A stretch of DNA of 61,950 nucleotides, the filler included, from Hausera hauseri (taxonomy: Eukaryota): the NCBI GenBank assembly GCA_046269625.1. It is 11 parts of 11 records of this genome, joined end to end, with 100 filler letters (N's around TTAATTAATTAA, not from the genome) between each part and the next. Parts side by side here need not be neighbours in the genome. Positions count along the whole stretch, not along the records: positions 32,780 to 38,367 come from JBJURY010225298.1; positions 38,468 to 42,787 come from JBJURY010637108.1; positions 42,888 to 52,960 come from JBJURY010244404.1; 8 more parts are not named here. One strand, 5' to 3'. The notes beneath the pieces were generated by a model that searched no databases, was not told the origin of the DNA, and was given only the letters and a program-made list of their open reading frames with translations. Of the stretch, positions 37,145-50,100 are shown one piece after another (positions within the stretch are counted from its first letter, which is position 1; each line of letters opens with the position of its first letter). The position numbers and the translations under genes are program-made.

Positions 37145-38103
37145 ATGTCTTCCACATTAAAAAAGTGGGTCGGACTTCAACAGCTTTTAAACACTCCCGG
37201 CCCGTTCCAAAGACGGGATTTTAAGCCTCAAGCTGATGTATTTTATTTTATTATGATTTTCTAAATAATTTCATTTAGCTTTTGGAATTAATTCGTGCAA
37301 ATGTTAGCATTTTGGTCATCGGAGCGGGAGGATTGGGTTGTGAATTACTCAAGAATCTAGTAAAATGTTCCTGAATTTCGCTGTTTACGTTTTTCACAGG
37401 CTCTACTGGGATTTAAAAACATCGAGGTCATTGATGCCGATATCGTCGACCTATCTAACCTCAACCGACAATTTTTATTTCGTATTCAAGACATTGGAAA
37501 ACCGAAAGCTGTCGTTGCTGCCAATTTCATTATGTCTCGCATTCCAGACTGTAAAGTGATTCCACATTTTTGTAAAATCCAGCAATACGATTCCCATTTC
37601 TATAAGAAATTTCACGTTATTGTTTGTGGACTGGATTCGGTTGTAGCGAGAAGGTGGATCAATGGAATGCTGGTTTGGTTGATTGAGTTGTCGATTATAA
37701 AATATTGGTTAGGCTAGTTTAGTGTACTATCCATTATGTACACTGGCAAGTACTCCTCGATTGCCCGAGCATTGTATCGAATACGTCCGAGTAATGTTGT
37801 GGCACAAGGAATGGCCATTTGGGCCGAGTGACAATCCCGATCATCTGAATTGGGTTTATCAACGGGCTGAAGAACGGGCAAATCAATTTTCCATCACCGA
37901 TTTGACATATCGACTGACTGAAGGCGTGATCAAGCATATTATTCCGGCAGTGGCGTCGACAAATGCCGTCATTGCAGCGGTTTGTGCAACGGAAGTGAGT
38001 TCGATCCAATGCGTTGACTCGTACTGTGGATTTGTGACGTTTCTTTACGACTACAATGATGCTGATGGAGTTTATACGTTTACTTTTACGGCTGAAAGAA
38101 AGG
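37145..38103 (+). pseudogene. UBA3: NEDD8-activating enzyme catalytic subunit UBA3, internally deleted copy
   Basis: [67 protein letters not shown]. 40-nt introns at 37360-37399 and 37673-37712. The conserved DGGTEGFKG segment is missing. Confidence 0.88.
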
Positions 38104-38919
38104 TAACGTTTTTCGTATTTCAATTCGTTAATTTAACAAGTTCGTCTGCATTGATCTATTAGTTTTGTAACTAATTGTGTTAAATGGAACTGCGAATAGC
38201 TCATCATTCGGTTGGTTTTAGGAAATATTAGAATTTCGGAAATGGTGCACAAAATTCCCATTTCGTTATATGGTATTCTGTGCACAGTTTCCGAAATTCG
38301 GATATTTAATGTGGGAATCTACAGGGATACGTATTTCTTATTGATTTTTAATATTTTCTGTATCGATNNNNNNNNNNNNNNNNNNNNNNNNNNNNNNNNN
38401 NNNNNNNNNNNTTAATTAATTAANNNNNNNNNNNNNNNNNNNNNNNNNNNNNNNNNNNNNNNNNNNNTTTTTGGTAATTGTGATACATCTCATAAATTGG
38501 TTATCTTTTAATTGTTTTTTTCTTATAACGCTGTTATCGTTAATAATACATTGTATTTTTACATTAAGAATTGTTCTCCCTCTAACTAAAATAACTAAAT
38601 AAGTAAATTCTTAAGTAAATTGGAAGAAACAGCAGTCCGTATAATTATAAGTAATGTGCCTTTAAGTAAACCGTAGAAAGTAATATAAAATCAGCCGTAA
38701 CGGCTATTATCCCCTTACACATTACCTATAAGTTAAGGCTAGGTAAGATCTTATTGCCTGTCTCGCCCTACTCGACGCGCTGAAAGTAATCATTGAAGTA
38801 TATTTGTTCTCCCCATTAATTCAACACACGTTCAATTAATAAGTCTCTCCCAACTCGAATTAGTGAGGAATAAACAAAACGGAAATTCCTTTAACGTGTT
38901 TTAAAACAATTTTTCTCAA

Positions 38920-41900
38920 AAAGAATCATACACCAATGGAATTACTTGATTTGCAGAAATTGCCAATTAAGGCACTGAGGAATGAAGAATTCGAGCATTC
39001 TTACAACAACCGTAAGAAGAATTTCAATGTAATTCAAACACAATATTTTGAAGCATTGTATAACTCCGATGAAAATGTGTTCCTCGGTGCACCAACAGAA
39101 AGTGGGAAAACGGAATGTCCAGAATTTGCCGTTATGCTTTTGTTTTCTGACAAACAAGAGGGTCGCTGTGTTTATATATTGGCAATTGAAAACACGACTC
39201 AAATATGATATGATAAGTGGCAGAAAACCTTGGGCAGTTTGAACAAAATGTTGTTAAACAAACTTGAAATACGAACATGGATATACGGATGATTGCCAAA
39301 ACAAATATTGTTGTGACAAGACGAAAAATTGCATGTATTGTCTTGAAGTTGGATGAGCAGAAAGGCCGTTCAAAATATAAGTTTGTTTATTGTCGATGAT
39401 TTGCACTTGCTCGAGAGTCATTATAATGGAAATTGTGTACTCAACAACTAGAAATATGACTTTCCAACTTGAAAATCCAATACGAATAATCAGTCTGTTT
39501 TATGCACTCAGCAACTCCAGAGTTGTTGGTGAATTGTTGGATTGCAGTAGTTCGGCAACTTATAATTTCCATCCAGATGTCCGCCACCGTCTTATTAACA
39601 TCGAATTTACGACTTTAAACATCGTTCATACCGCTAGTAGGCTGAATACTATTGTTGTAGAATTGTACATATTATTTGGATGAAATAAGCAGTGTAGAAA
39701 ATTAGAAAACTGTATATAATTAAAAAAGAGTATTCAGAACATTTTGCCGTATTTTTAACATTTTAGATGAATTTTCCGAATGTCTATGAATTTACATAAG
39801 AAATTAATTAATAAATGGTGCTTAATACATAGACTATATCTGTAAATTGAATAATCGAATAATCGAACACAATTAACGAAAAACCAGATAGTCACGTAGT
39901 CAGTCGACTATATAAGCGGAGAGCGAAACGAGACACGAGTAATTAGTTGTTTTGCAGTTGTTAGCAGTTGGGTAGTTTGAAGCTGAATCAGATATCAGTT
40001 TTTGTTGAATCAATCAGTGAGTGTTGAATAAGTTGAAATGATTGGACAAAACAGAATTCAGTTGAGAAATTATTCGATTGAGAAAATATTCGATAACCGG
40101 AAATGAACATTATTCAGAATCGATTTGATTCATGCAGTGAAATACGATTGTATTCGTTGTATTAATAAATTTGTTTTATCAAAATTTTCGATAGTTTCCC
40201 ACTGCCTCAAAGGTAGTTTGACGACATTAAGGTTTAAACTTGATACGTAAATTATATAGATAAGTCTAGAAGTTATTTAATTAATTTGCACAGGACCGTA
40301 AGAGAGTACCCACATTACTACTTGAAATCTTCATATAAAGCACAATCCATCTGGACGAGAACGTTTAGATCTTACCTGTTAAAATAGTAATTTAATTTCA
40401 AGTGTAATTATTGTTTTATAGTAGGAGTTGTATAAGGGCCACCCCAATATATAACACTATGGTGAGACCAGTTTATTAAGTTGTAGTTAGAAATCAGATG
40501 AACAGTCCCATTATAATTTTTACACCAGCAATGAAGCAACAGAAGTAAGTGTTCAATCTAATGGGATTTGCGCTGTCTGATAAGCGGAATTTCAGTGGAG
40601 CAACTGAAGCACAACTGAATGAATATATGGCCAGAATTACCAATGAAATTTTAATTGAAACTTTAGCCTTCGGCATCGGTTTCATTCACGAAGCCCTATC
40701 TCATAATGAACGCAATCAAATTCTGGTGTTGTTTTCATATTATTTGATTCAAATACTGATGGTTTGTCATAGTCTGTGTTTGTCAATTCCATCAAATGCC
40801 CATTTGGTCATTGTTATGGATACTTAAGTTTACAATGGCAATGATTGTATGTACAACGACTATGCGGCTGTTGATATAATCCAGATGATTGGTCGTGTGA
40901 ATAACGTGCAATATGAAGATTCCAGGGCAATAATAATGTGTCAGAATAAGAAGGATTTATTGATAAATTCCTTTCGGAACCGCTACCGCTTGAGTCTCAC
41001 TTAGATAATCATCTGCATGATCATTTTGATGCTGAGGTAGTTACGAAAACTATTGAGAACAAGCAAGGTTCAGAAGACTATTTGACATGGACGTTCCTTT
41101 ACTATCGAATGACGAATAATCCGAAGTATTATCAATTGAGAGGCGTCGGCCATTGTTATTTGAGTGATTATTTTAGTGAACTTGTTGAGAACACACTTAA
41201 CGATCTTGAAAAGTCAAAGTGCTTAACAATCAAGAATGACATTGATGTAACTTCAATCAATCTGGGTATGATCGCTGCATTTTATTACGTCCATTATGCT
41301 ACAATCGAAATGTTCAGAAAATCACTGCTGGCCAATTCAAAAGTGAAAGGGTTATTAGAACTTATTTGCAATGACGATGAATTTGAAGAACTTCCAATTC
41401 GGCATGGTGAAGATGTTTTATCAAAAATCCGACCGTTCCTTCGTATACCATCGTTGAACAAGAGAAGTTTAGCAAATCTAAAGACCAAGGCCCATATATT
41501 ATTTCATTCCCATTTTCTTCGTATTCTAATTAAAGCAGCTGAACTTAGAAAAGATGTCAATCAAATATTGGTGAAATGTGGCAGACTCATTCAGATATGT
41601 ATTGATGTACTATCGAGTAACAGATGGTTGAGTACGGCTCTAGCAGCAATGGAATTAGCTCAGGCACAATGGCATCGTCGTTCGCTTTTTCATCAAATTC
41701 CTTATTTCTATAACTAAGAAATTTTGCAGAGATGTGAAAATGCCAATTTTAAAAGCGTATTCGACTTTACGGAACTTGACGAGGAGAAGAAATTAGAAAT
41801 TCTCAGTCACCCGAGAATAAGGTGCGTGATGTGGTTGATATCCAATGCTATCCGAATACCGAATTGACGTTCAATGCCACCAAACAGATGCAAACTAGTC

Positions 41901-42180
41901 GATCGATAACAGTCAACGTTCAATTACAGCAAGATAAGAGTTCCTTTGGTTCGGTATGTGTGGCACTGTTTCCTTGTGTAAGTTTTTCATTATTGAATAA
42001 CATGTTTTATAATAGATTCTTTCAGAAAAGACATGAACGTTGGTGGCTTGTCATTGATGATGCAAATGATAAAAGATTGTTGTCTATAAAATTGTTGACA
42101 TCCAGGAAATTACGAATATTCTTTGTACTTCATGTCAGGCAGCTATCTTGGTTGTGATCAGGAATACCTATTTAGTGTTC
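38920..42180 (+). pseudogene. SNRNP200: SNRNP200/Brr2 C-terminal helicase cassette + Sec63 unit, pseudogene
   Basis: LLDLQKLP, FNVIQTQ, GAPTESGKT, YNFHPDVR, ESHLD..LHDHF, TWTFLYYRMTNNPKYY, LPIRHGED, LAAMELAQ, WWLV. Many stops and frameshifts; one intron at ~41978-42024. Confidence 0.93.
39653..40456 (+). mobile_element. Solo LTR (804 bp) with 4-bp CTAT target-site duplication
   Basis: ctat-TGTTGTA...TATAACA-ctat. Removal restores Brr2 RLNTMVRPVY. Internal TATATAA (~39909) and AATAAA (~40164). Confidence 0.9.
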
Positions 42181-42887
42181 AAGTGTGTGTTATAAACTCT
42201 TGTCAATACATCACAGTTTTGTCTTATTCTGGTGTTAATAACATTGTTGTTTCTTGTTCATTTTCTGCACTTAATCGTAAATTTTTCAAATAGATATTTT
42301 AGCGTAAATTTTCTTGAAATTTTATTGGCATCTTTAACTTATCATTCGTGCGTGACTAAAATGAAACGCTTGCCGTGTTAACAAATGTTGTGGTCGCTCC
42401 TTCGAATTTGTTGTTGACCATCATTTTGCATATTTATATAAGTTTATCAATTGCATAGATTGTCAATCAGTTGTGCATTAGTGGGCACTACTCATCCACA
42501 TGGTATGTCAGTTGCACATTAGAAACTCCTTTCCACATGTGGATTTTTAGCATTTTCCTCTAACAAAGTCTTGATTATTGTAAGGGCTCGGTTCGCTTCC
42601 GTGGGTCTCTGACGGTTTGACAACAGTTGTCTGGGTCTATATCTCAAATCGTAAAAGCGAGAAGCTCGTCAAATAAGAACTATTTATAATCAATGAACAT
42701 CAATTGATCAAAGTCTAAGAGGTTTATTTAAAAGTTTTATTAACACAAGAATTATTTATTAACAATTATAATCAACTAGTCGAAGCANNNNNNNNNNNNN
42801 NNNNNNNNNNNNNNNNNNNNNNNNNNNNNNNTTAATTAATTAANNNNNNNNNNNNNNNNNNNNNNNNNNNNNNNNNNNNNNNNNNNN

Positions 42888-43090
42888 AAAAATCCCTTGG
42901 ACAGCAAAGAGAACAAATGAAGATGTTTTACAAGAAGCAGATGCAGAAAGAACACTTATCAGTATGATCAGAAAGAGACAAACATGTATAATTGGCCCTA
43001 TTTTAATAAGAGAAGGTCTGGATATCTTGGTCATGACAGGCAAAATAACAGAAAACAGAAATAGTGGACGACGGAGGATGAAGTGGCATC
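42888..43090 (+). mobile_element. RTE/BovB-like LINE 3' fragment
   Basis: KIPWTAKRTNEDVL..IRKRQ..G.I..L..LVMTGKI..R.GRRRMKW. Confidence 0.78.
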
Positions 43091-45197
43091 TGATGATAAT
43101 GATGGACGTTTTTGTATTTTTTTTTACTTTTAGTGGTTGTAGTTTTTTTTTTTTTTTTGCACTGGTGCAAAATAATGATTTAATTGTTAATAATTTGTTT
43201 TCACATTGTTCAGCTTTTATAACTAATTTTATTCTGCTACAAGACCAAAATACCAGTTTAATTGACAAAAACAAGTATGTCTTTTGATGATTCAAACTGC
43301 TTTTAATAAACAGCTCCCTCAGGTGGTGAACAGGGGAACAATAGTGAGCAATCCTTGAGGTCTGTCACATGATCATTTTTACAGTTTTATGTCTTTTTTG
43401 CTTGTCACAACCATTCAAGTGTTCCTGCAGCTGTTCTGAATAAGTACAATATGCACTCAGTATGTGTATGAATAATTCAGCTGCACATGTGTTTGAGTGC
43501 TTACATTTGTATGCGCTTGCGTGGGTGTGTGTGTGTGTGTTCTTTGTGAGACAGTATTAAGTGTAGATAGAGTTTTCGGAGTAGAACTGATCTCTGAGAG
43601 CTGGGGAGGGTCTCTGGGCTCTTAGAGAAGAGCTTCAGGTCTTCTCCTCGCCATTCCCCCCTCAACTCCGCTTCCACTTGCCTCAACCCCTTTTGCTTAA
43701 ATATCGTAGAGGCCTCGGGATAAGACGTGGATACACTTTGTTGGTCTCCATTTAAAACAAGCCAGCTTTAGAAGAACTTGAGGAAGAAAAGAGAAAAGAT
43801 CTTCCCTTTTCCAGCTTTTAAAGTTCGGTTCACGGCGCAAGAACCGACGAGGACCTCGTCGCACGTCGTTTTCACCAGATCTCGACATTGGGATCTTAAG
43901 ATGCTTTCGGTTTTCCGCGGTGTCCATGGGAGAGGGGAGGAATTGTTTTTCGTCTCCCCCCATCCGCCCCCCTTTCTTGAATTTCACAGAGCAAAATCTA
44001 AGAAATTATGTAAAATGAAAGAATTATTACCTATATAATATTTAAAAAATTATTCACTTATTTGCACTACAAATATGGTTTTGCTTTTATGCATGTACTT
44101 GTTTTCATTGTAAATATTGAGCCAGAATTGTCCTTAATTTTCCACCAACTAGAAAGTAGTTTATATGCTCTGGCCAAAATATAATCTTCGTAATTCCGAA
44201 CTTTGCCTGTGTATGTTGGCACATTGCATGCATAGTAAGTTCATACATCACAGTGTCCATTCTTTTATGCCATATTTGTCAGGTTTGGATGGGCAATCTC
44301 TCGCGATCTGGAATCAACTGTTCATTCACAGTAACATAATTACCAAGAATGTACATCGATCTTACAAGACAATTTCGCGAACTTATGTATGCCAAATTCA
44401 ATAAAAGTATGCCGGAGAATTATTAACGTTTAGACAAAAAGTCTGGCAAAATTCTAGCTGCGGCAATTCAATGATACACATGTATAGTAGGTAGAACTGA
44501 GCTCTCCACCACACTTCTCTGATTGGTCGGAAAACCACTTTTCTCCACCTGATTGGCTATAACGATCATTTCACTAAAATTTTCTCACGACCCCCCCCCA
44601 CCCTGGCCGAAAAGGAGGTCGAGCAATGGACTTTGGACCAAGTGATATCGATAGCGCGTAACAAGGTGAGCAAAAGTTAATATAGGTGGGGTGTACCTAA
44701 AATGTAAGGGAAAGGCGATAGAAGAGGAAGATGCAAAATAGGAAATGTGTCACGTATAACGCTAAAATGCTGCTAGCACTAAGAAAATGTGTACAAGGGG
44801 TAAATCGATATTGACGATTGCATTGGACACGGTTGCAACGTTGCCGGACTATGGGAACATGGGGAAAAATCGATGGGAAATTTTCAAATGGGCAAAATTT
44901 CCCCTTGCACAAGACAGACGCTGATGGAAATGGGTTGAGTACGTAGCCCATCGGTAGTTGAGCATTTCAAATCATAGCCACCTCACGATCCGACGATTGT
45001 AAGTCGTTGAGAAACGTCGCTGAAAATCACCATCATCATCGTCATTATTGTGAAAATTCCAGTTTCAATTTGTTTTTTGTTTACAAAACCAACCGAAACC
45101 GATAATCGGTTATGGTAACGGAATTTCACTATGCACACAAACCAAAAGCATGGACAACGACAAAATGAAATATATTTCACAAAATAGAAAACGTTTT

Positions 45198-45603
45198 TCA
45201 CAAAAGTGAGTGTAATATAAGCCACAATAAGCAGTAATGTCCAGACGGCTTAGTCATTGGATGTTGATAATGAAGTTTGTTATATTCAGTACGATATGAT
45301 GATAATGATTGTCTTTCAATTTGAGAAACTAACGATGACGGATACTACAATCCGAGCGGTTAGAATACCCTGACGACGGTCGGATGTACGTACACAGTAA
45401 TCCAATATTTGTCCGGCAACGATGAAGTGTGTATTGATCATGAAGCCGCTAGTTTGTCGTAAATCACGCGGCACACAATCCGGTGGAAACACGCCACAAA
45501 ATTTCGCGCCCAAGAGCAGTTTTTTGTAGTGACCGAGCTCAGTGGAGGTAAATGTAAAATGTGATTGAAGGATAATAGTAGTAATCAAAATATATTACTT
45601 CAT
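45198..45603 (-). pseudogene. Adenain-type protease, full length but inactivated
   Basis: FCGVFPPD..INTH..LPDKYW (His>Tyr)..VF*PLG..YN..YQHPMTKPSGHYCL (catalytic Cys>Ser). Confidence 0.82.
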
Positions 45604-45645
45604 AGTACGACGAAGAAGACGAAAAGGTTAGACAGCGGATTTTAT

Positions 45646-46814
45646 TTATACAATGACGGTTCCATTTTTCGTTATTTCAACCTCGGCATCAAATACATCG
45701 TAAATGTACATCACGGTTGACTGCTCCAACACTTTAGCAAAGTGAACCTCCAGTCGTAGGTTTCCCTGCTGAGGTAGTTGAGTCTGTTCAACGTCGTAAT
45801 CTGGAGCCAGGACAAAGGTAAAGAATGGATAGGTGGACTTGAACAAATCCATCGATATTCCATTGTCGACATTTTTGTTCAACAAACCCATGTCGTTCAC
45901 GAGAGATTGCATATATGTCAAACATAATTGCCGGTCTCGAAATCCTGCTTGTATGTCTCAACGAAATCAACTTTCTTAACCAAACTGATGTTATTCACAT
46001 TGCTATGGGTAAACGTTTTAGAATCGATGGTATAACTGCCCGTTTGTTGAGTAGTCGTTTGAAATGTAACGAGCACAAATTTCGGCAATCGCATGTCGCC
46101 AAACAGTGCATCTTTGTAAAACGTACTTGAACCTTTTGGTATGGTGTAATAGACGAGTTCTGCGCGTTGTATCAGGTAACAGGCATTTTGTGTTTTTAAG
46201 CCCAATCGATATCCCATGAGCATAGATGGTTCTACCTTTACACGACGTACGTATAATCGTGCCTCGGTAATTTTCAGTATGGGTTTAATATTTGCAACTG
46301 CAGTTTTCAAACAAAAGACATTGTTGCTGCGTTTGAGCCGAATCATGGCTTTAACACCGGGCAGTACGTATTTCGGCAGTTGTTTTATATCCTGATGGTT
46401 TTCGTTAAATGAGTCGTTTTCGTGTCTACTGTAATTTAGAGCCGTTTCGATGAGTGCTTTGATACTGTATAGGCTGGTGTTGCCTTCAATTTTGACGCTG
46501 TTTAGGGTCAGTGAAGCCTCCTGGAACAGTGTGAAGAAAAGGTAATTGGCCGGTGTGACAATATCTCTTGCGCCGAGAACCACTGATGCATCCTTTTTAA
46601 CAATGACTTTTACATACTGTAACGTGTCATTTAAATCGAGATATTCATTGTCTGACGCCATAATGTTAAATTTAATGTCAATGTTGTCGTCCATTGAAAC
46701 AAAATCAACGAGGTAGATTTCTTCAAATTCTGAAGTGTCAATAACCATTGGTGGTGCGCCTTTTTCAATTATACACATTTCAGATTTTGCAGGTGTTATT
46801 TGTCTGTCAATCAA
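45646..46814 (-). pseudogene. Major capsid protein, frameshifted with an internal deletion
   Basis: Aligns with 13584-14819; break at ~45918; the LTMCGSLYFDF region is missing. Confidence 0.9.
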
Positions 46815-47173
46815 TCGAAAATCGTACGACGACGACGTTTGTTTATAGTTGATGAGCTCGATGATGCTCTACGGCGTTTTCTCATCAAGCCTTCGGCAGC
46901 GAATTGTTTTTTGAGTGATTCAACGACTCCCGGTGCAGCGCTTTTTATTTCTGACAAGGCGTGTTCCTTAAGTGATGGTAAAATCGATTTGTTTTTATAT
47001 AGTACGTTCTGTGCTGTTTTTGCTGCCACGGCTCCAATACGCTTCAACACTGGAAATACTAAACGTGCCAATGTACGCAACCATCCAGAGCCATACTGTT
47101 TACTAACGAAATACGACAGTTCACCGCCTTGCTGAGGTTTACTGTAAATGGAAACGATTTCAGAATGAATCAT
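46811..47173 (-). CDS. QxGxG-motif basic protein, copy C
   Basis: QQGG, QYGSG-WLRTLARLVFPVLKRIG, RRRTIFD. Confidence 0.7.
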   Translation of the reverse strand: MIHSEIVSIYSKPQQGGELSYFVSKQYGSGWLRTLARLVFPVLKRIGAVAAKTAQNVLYKNKSILPSLKEHALSEIKSAAPGVVESLKKQFAAEGLMRKRRRASSSSSTINKRRRRTIFD

Positions 47174-50100
47174 GTTTCTGTTGTTGGTTTCGACGGAAAT
47201 GAAGAGTTAGAGAGGTTGCGGTACCGTATGGAAATTCAATAAAGTAGCCCGCGTCACATCTGATTTTCACTTCAACATTGTTTATAGATGTAGTTTCAAC
47301 AGACAAGTGTATTGGATTATTGAGCTTGACAGTGACATTATCTCCAGAAGTATACCGGTTACTTTGCGGACAAATCGAACGGAGTAGTGGCACACGTACT
47401 CCACCAACCAGAATCTGTTCGGTAACATTCGTGTAAATGTACATCTATTGTAGTTCGTTTTTCAGCTTTGGTTTAAGTGTTGCAACATTTGCCTTTGTAT
47501 TCGCCTCAAACCGATGTTTTTCAAAATCCAATACCATGGCCAAAGCTTTGTCCAATGAAATGTCGACAATATCCTTAGCCAGTTCAAATATAATGTACCC
47601 ACTTGCATCTGACTCGAAAACTTTAAATATCTCCTAGTACTTTTGATTCGAAAAGTGTTAACAGAGATGTGCTACAGATTCACAATGGATATTGTCTCCA
47701 ATCGATACGTATGATGTTGACTCCCTTTGTGCTGTATAGGTAAATTTCACCATTGCTGATAATGTATGGGACTTAATCTTGGAGCTACTGCATATTCACT
47801 TTTAATCTTTTTACCTTTATACTCTATATTTTTGAATTCAAATTTCTGGGCTATATCTGAGGACTCAAAGGTGACAGTAAATTCAAAATCTGCCACAAAA
47901 TGTAAGTTTTGCTCTAAAATAAAAACACCGATCTTGCCGTATGAACCATAATTTGTACTGGTCGTGCAAATGGGAGATTCTCCAACTGTTATTTTATTGT
48001 TAGTAATTGTCAGAGGAGAAGAATGTGTTTTTGTTTCAGGAACAGTCTTGTACGTTTTTTCATACTAACTTTCATTGTCACCGGTGCGTAGGGAAAGTTA
48101 AATTACGTCAGTGCAATCTTCCATTTCCAGATAAATCCAAAGGATTGTCCCAGTCTACAACGTATTCACTGGCTAAATTGTTCAGACGAGTCGTCGGACA
48201 ACTGTTGCTTGGCAACACCATGTAAATACAGTTTGTTTATTAACGACGACGTCGAAAATATAACGTCAAATGTTTCGTTGACTCAAGCAGAAGTTTAGTG
48301 GGTTCCTAAAATTCATCAAGCATATACACGGAAATATTGTGCACAGTATTGTGAGACAATGATAAGTACAAGGGTCTGAGCATATTAACGCGAACTGTTT
48401 CACTCGATGTTTTGTACGTGTCAGAATCCAGTTTGATAGAAGCCAGTAGTTGTTTACATTCTCCACTAACAAGTACGGATTTGGTTAAGTCCGTTAAAAT
48501 GTTGATTATATGAAATGCTCCATAGAGTTGCGGTTTTTATTTGGCAACAATAGATTGTCCAACAATGGTTTGATACAATTCGCTTTTTGAAAAACCCAGA
48601 TTCCGAGCCAATAATTCATCAAAGGCAAAATATGTTACACTATCATGTAGTGTAAGCGAAATATGATCATATGCGTTTAGTTCTCATGTCTTTACAGCTG
48701 ATGTAGTCATTTTCTTTACGTATTCACACAATTCCAGTTCTGTTTCCATAAATAAGTCACATGATGTAATATATGAGCGAAAGACTGATTCTTTTCTAAT
48801 CCAGTCCACTACAACTGTGGTTGTCACATTAGAGGAAATGTACAATTTTTCACCAATTATAACATGTCCACCTAGCCGTAGACCTTTCGAGCGTACATTG
48901 ATTGATTGAAAACCCCATGCTTGAGCATCAGCTATGGATTTAAACTGCAATTCCATGAGATGTCGATGTGTTAGTTTCATACGGTAATTTGAAAAATAAG
49001 CATAAACCGAGAAATTGTATCGCGAATAATTGCGAATAAATACATTTGTTAGAGTCTCGGATTAATTGTAAACGGCTTGAAACAGGGTATTTTTCTAATC
49101 GGGTAAAGTAAATATCGCTTTTCTCACGTATTGATTTGGGTGAAAATGTAAATGTGAATTTCGTCAGAGCCACTTCCCAGGTTCCCGTGCGTAATTCAAG
49201 CGGTTGGTCCAAGTCCATGGTAAAGCGTTTAGCTGTATTGTCATTCTGTGATGATGACTTGTCACTAAGTAAATGTTCATTCAATCTGCGATGCAAATAT
49301 TTAGCTGGGTTTGGTGTATCCATGCCACTTAACGAGATATTGTTTATTCGAACCTTTGTTGTGTGAACGTATAATTTCCTGAATACTATATACGTCGGGT
49401 GTTTCTGACAGTACCTGCAGTTCCTGTTCGTAGAATTTACGACGTATCTCCTGGCCATTCTCATCTTCCAAAACGTACATGAAAGGTGATTGTTTTGCGT
49501 TGATTGCCGAAATTCGGGACACCTCATCGCTTCAGTTCTGATTGAAATTCTTGATAGATGGCGTTATGCTCAGCCGCGAAATGCGTACATAATCGCCAAT
49601 TCTATATTTCGGAAGTCGATTAACTGCTTGTCGGTTTTGGTAAATCCACATGCCCAAATCATCGATTACATCAACCGGACGTAAACCATTGATTCCTCGG
49701 TGTGTCAAGTGATTGTATGCATGAATAATATCCGGAATTACCTCTATCCAGTGTTTATTGCCTTGCTTGGTGAATAATTTGTTTAGGTGACCGCGTAGTG
49801 CTCGATTAAATTGTTCAACGAGTGAGGCCTTTTATTTTGAAAATAAAGAGTAGTGGTTTACACCGAACCGACTGAAAACCGAGGCGACATGATATTTGTA
49901 AAATTCCTTACCCAAGTCCATTTGTGTGTGCTTCGGCGGCTGTTGTTCAATTAATCTGTGAACGGCGTCAGCAATCTCCTTACCGGATTTGGATTGGGCT
50001 GCAATTGCACGTGCAAAGCGACTAAACACACCAAAGCACGTCAACACATACCGATACCCATCGTTAATGCTTGCATACGGAATCATTCCCATCAGATCCA

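Noticed and set aside
2600-41720. Many in-frame TAA/TAG codons at apparent Gln positions, suggesting a ciliate-type genetic code
   Set aside because: TAA terminates real genes here (e.g. the MCP). Sibling copies have CAG or TCA at the same sites, and the same genes also carry frameshifts. This is pseudogene decay.
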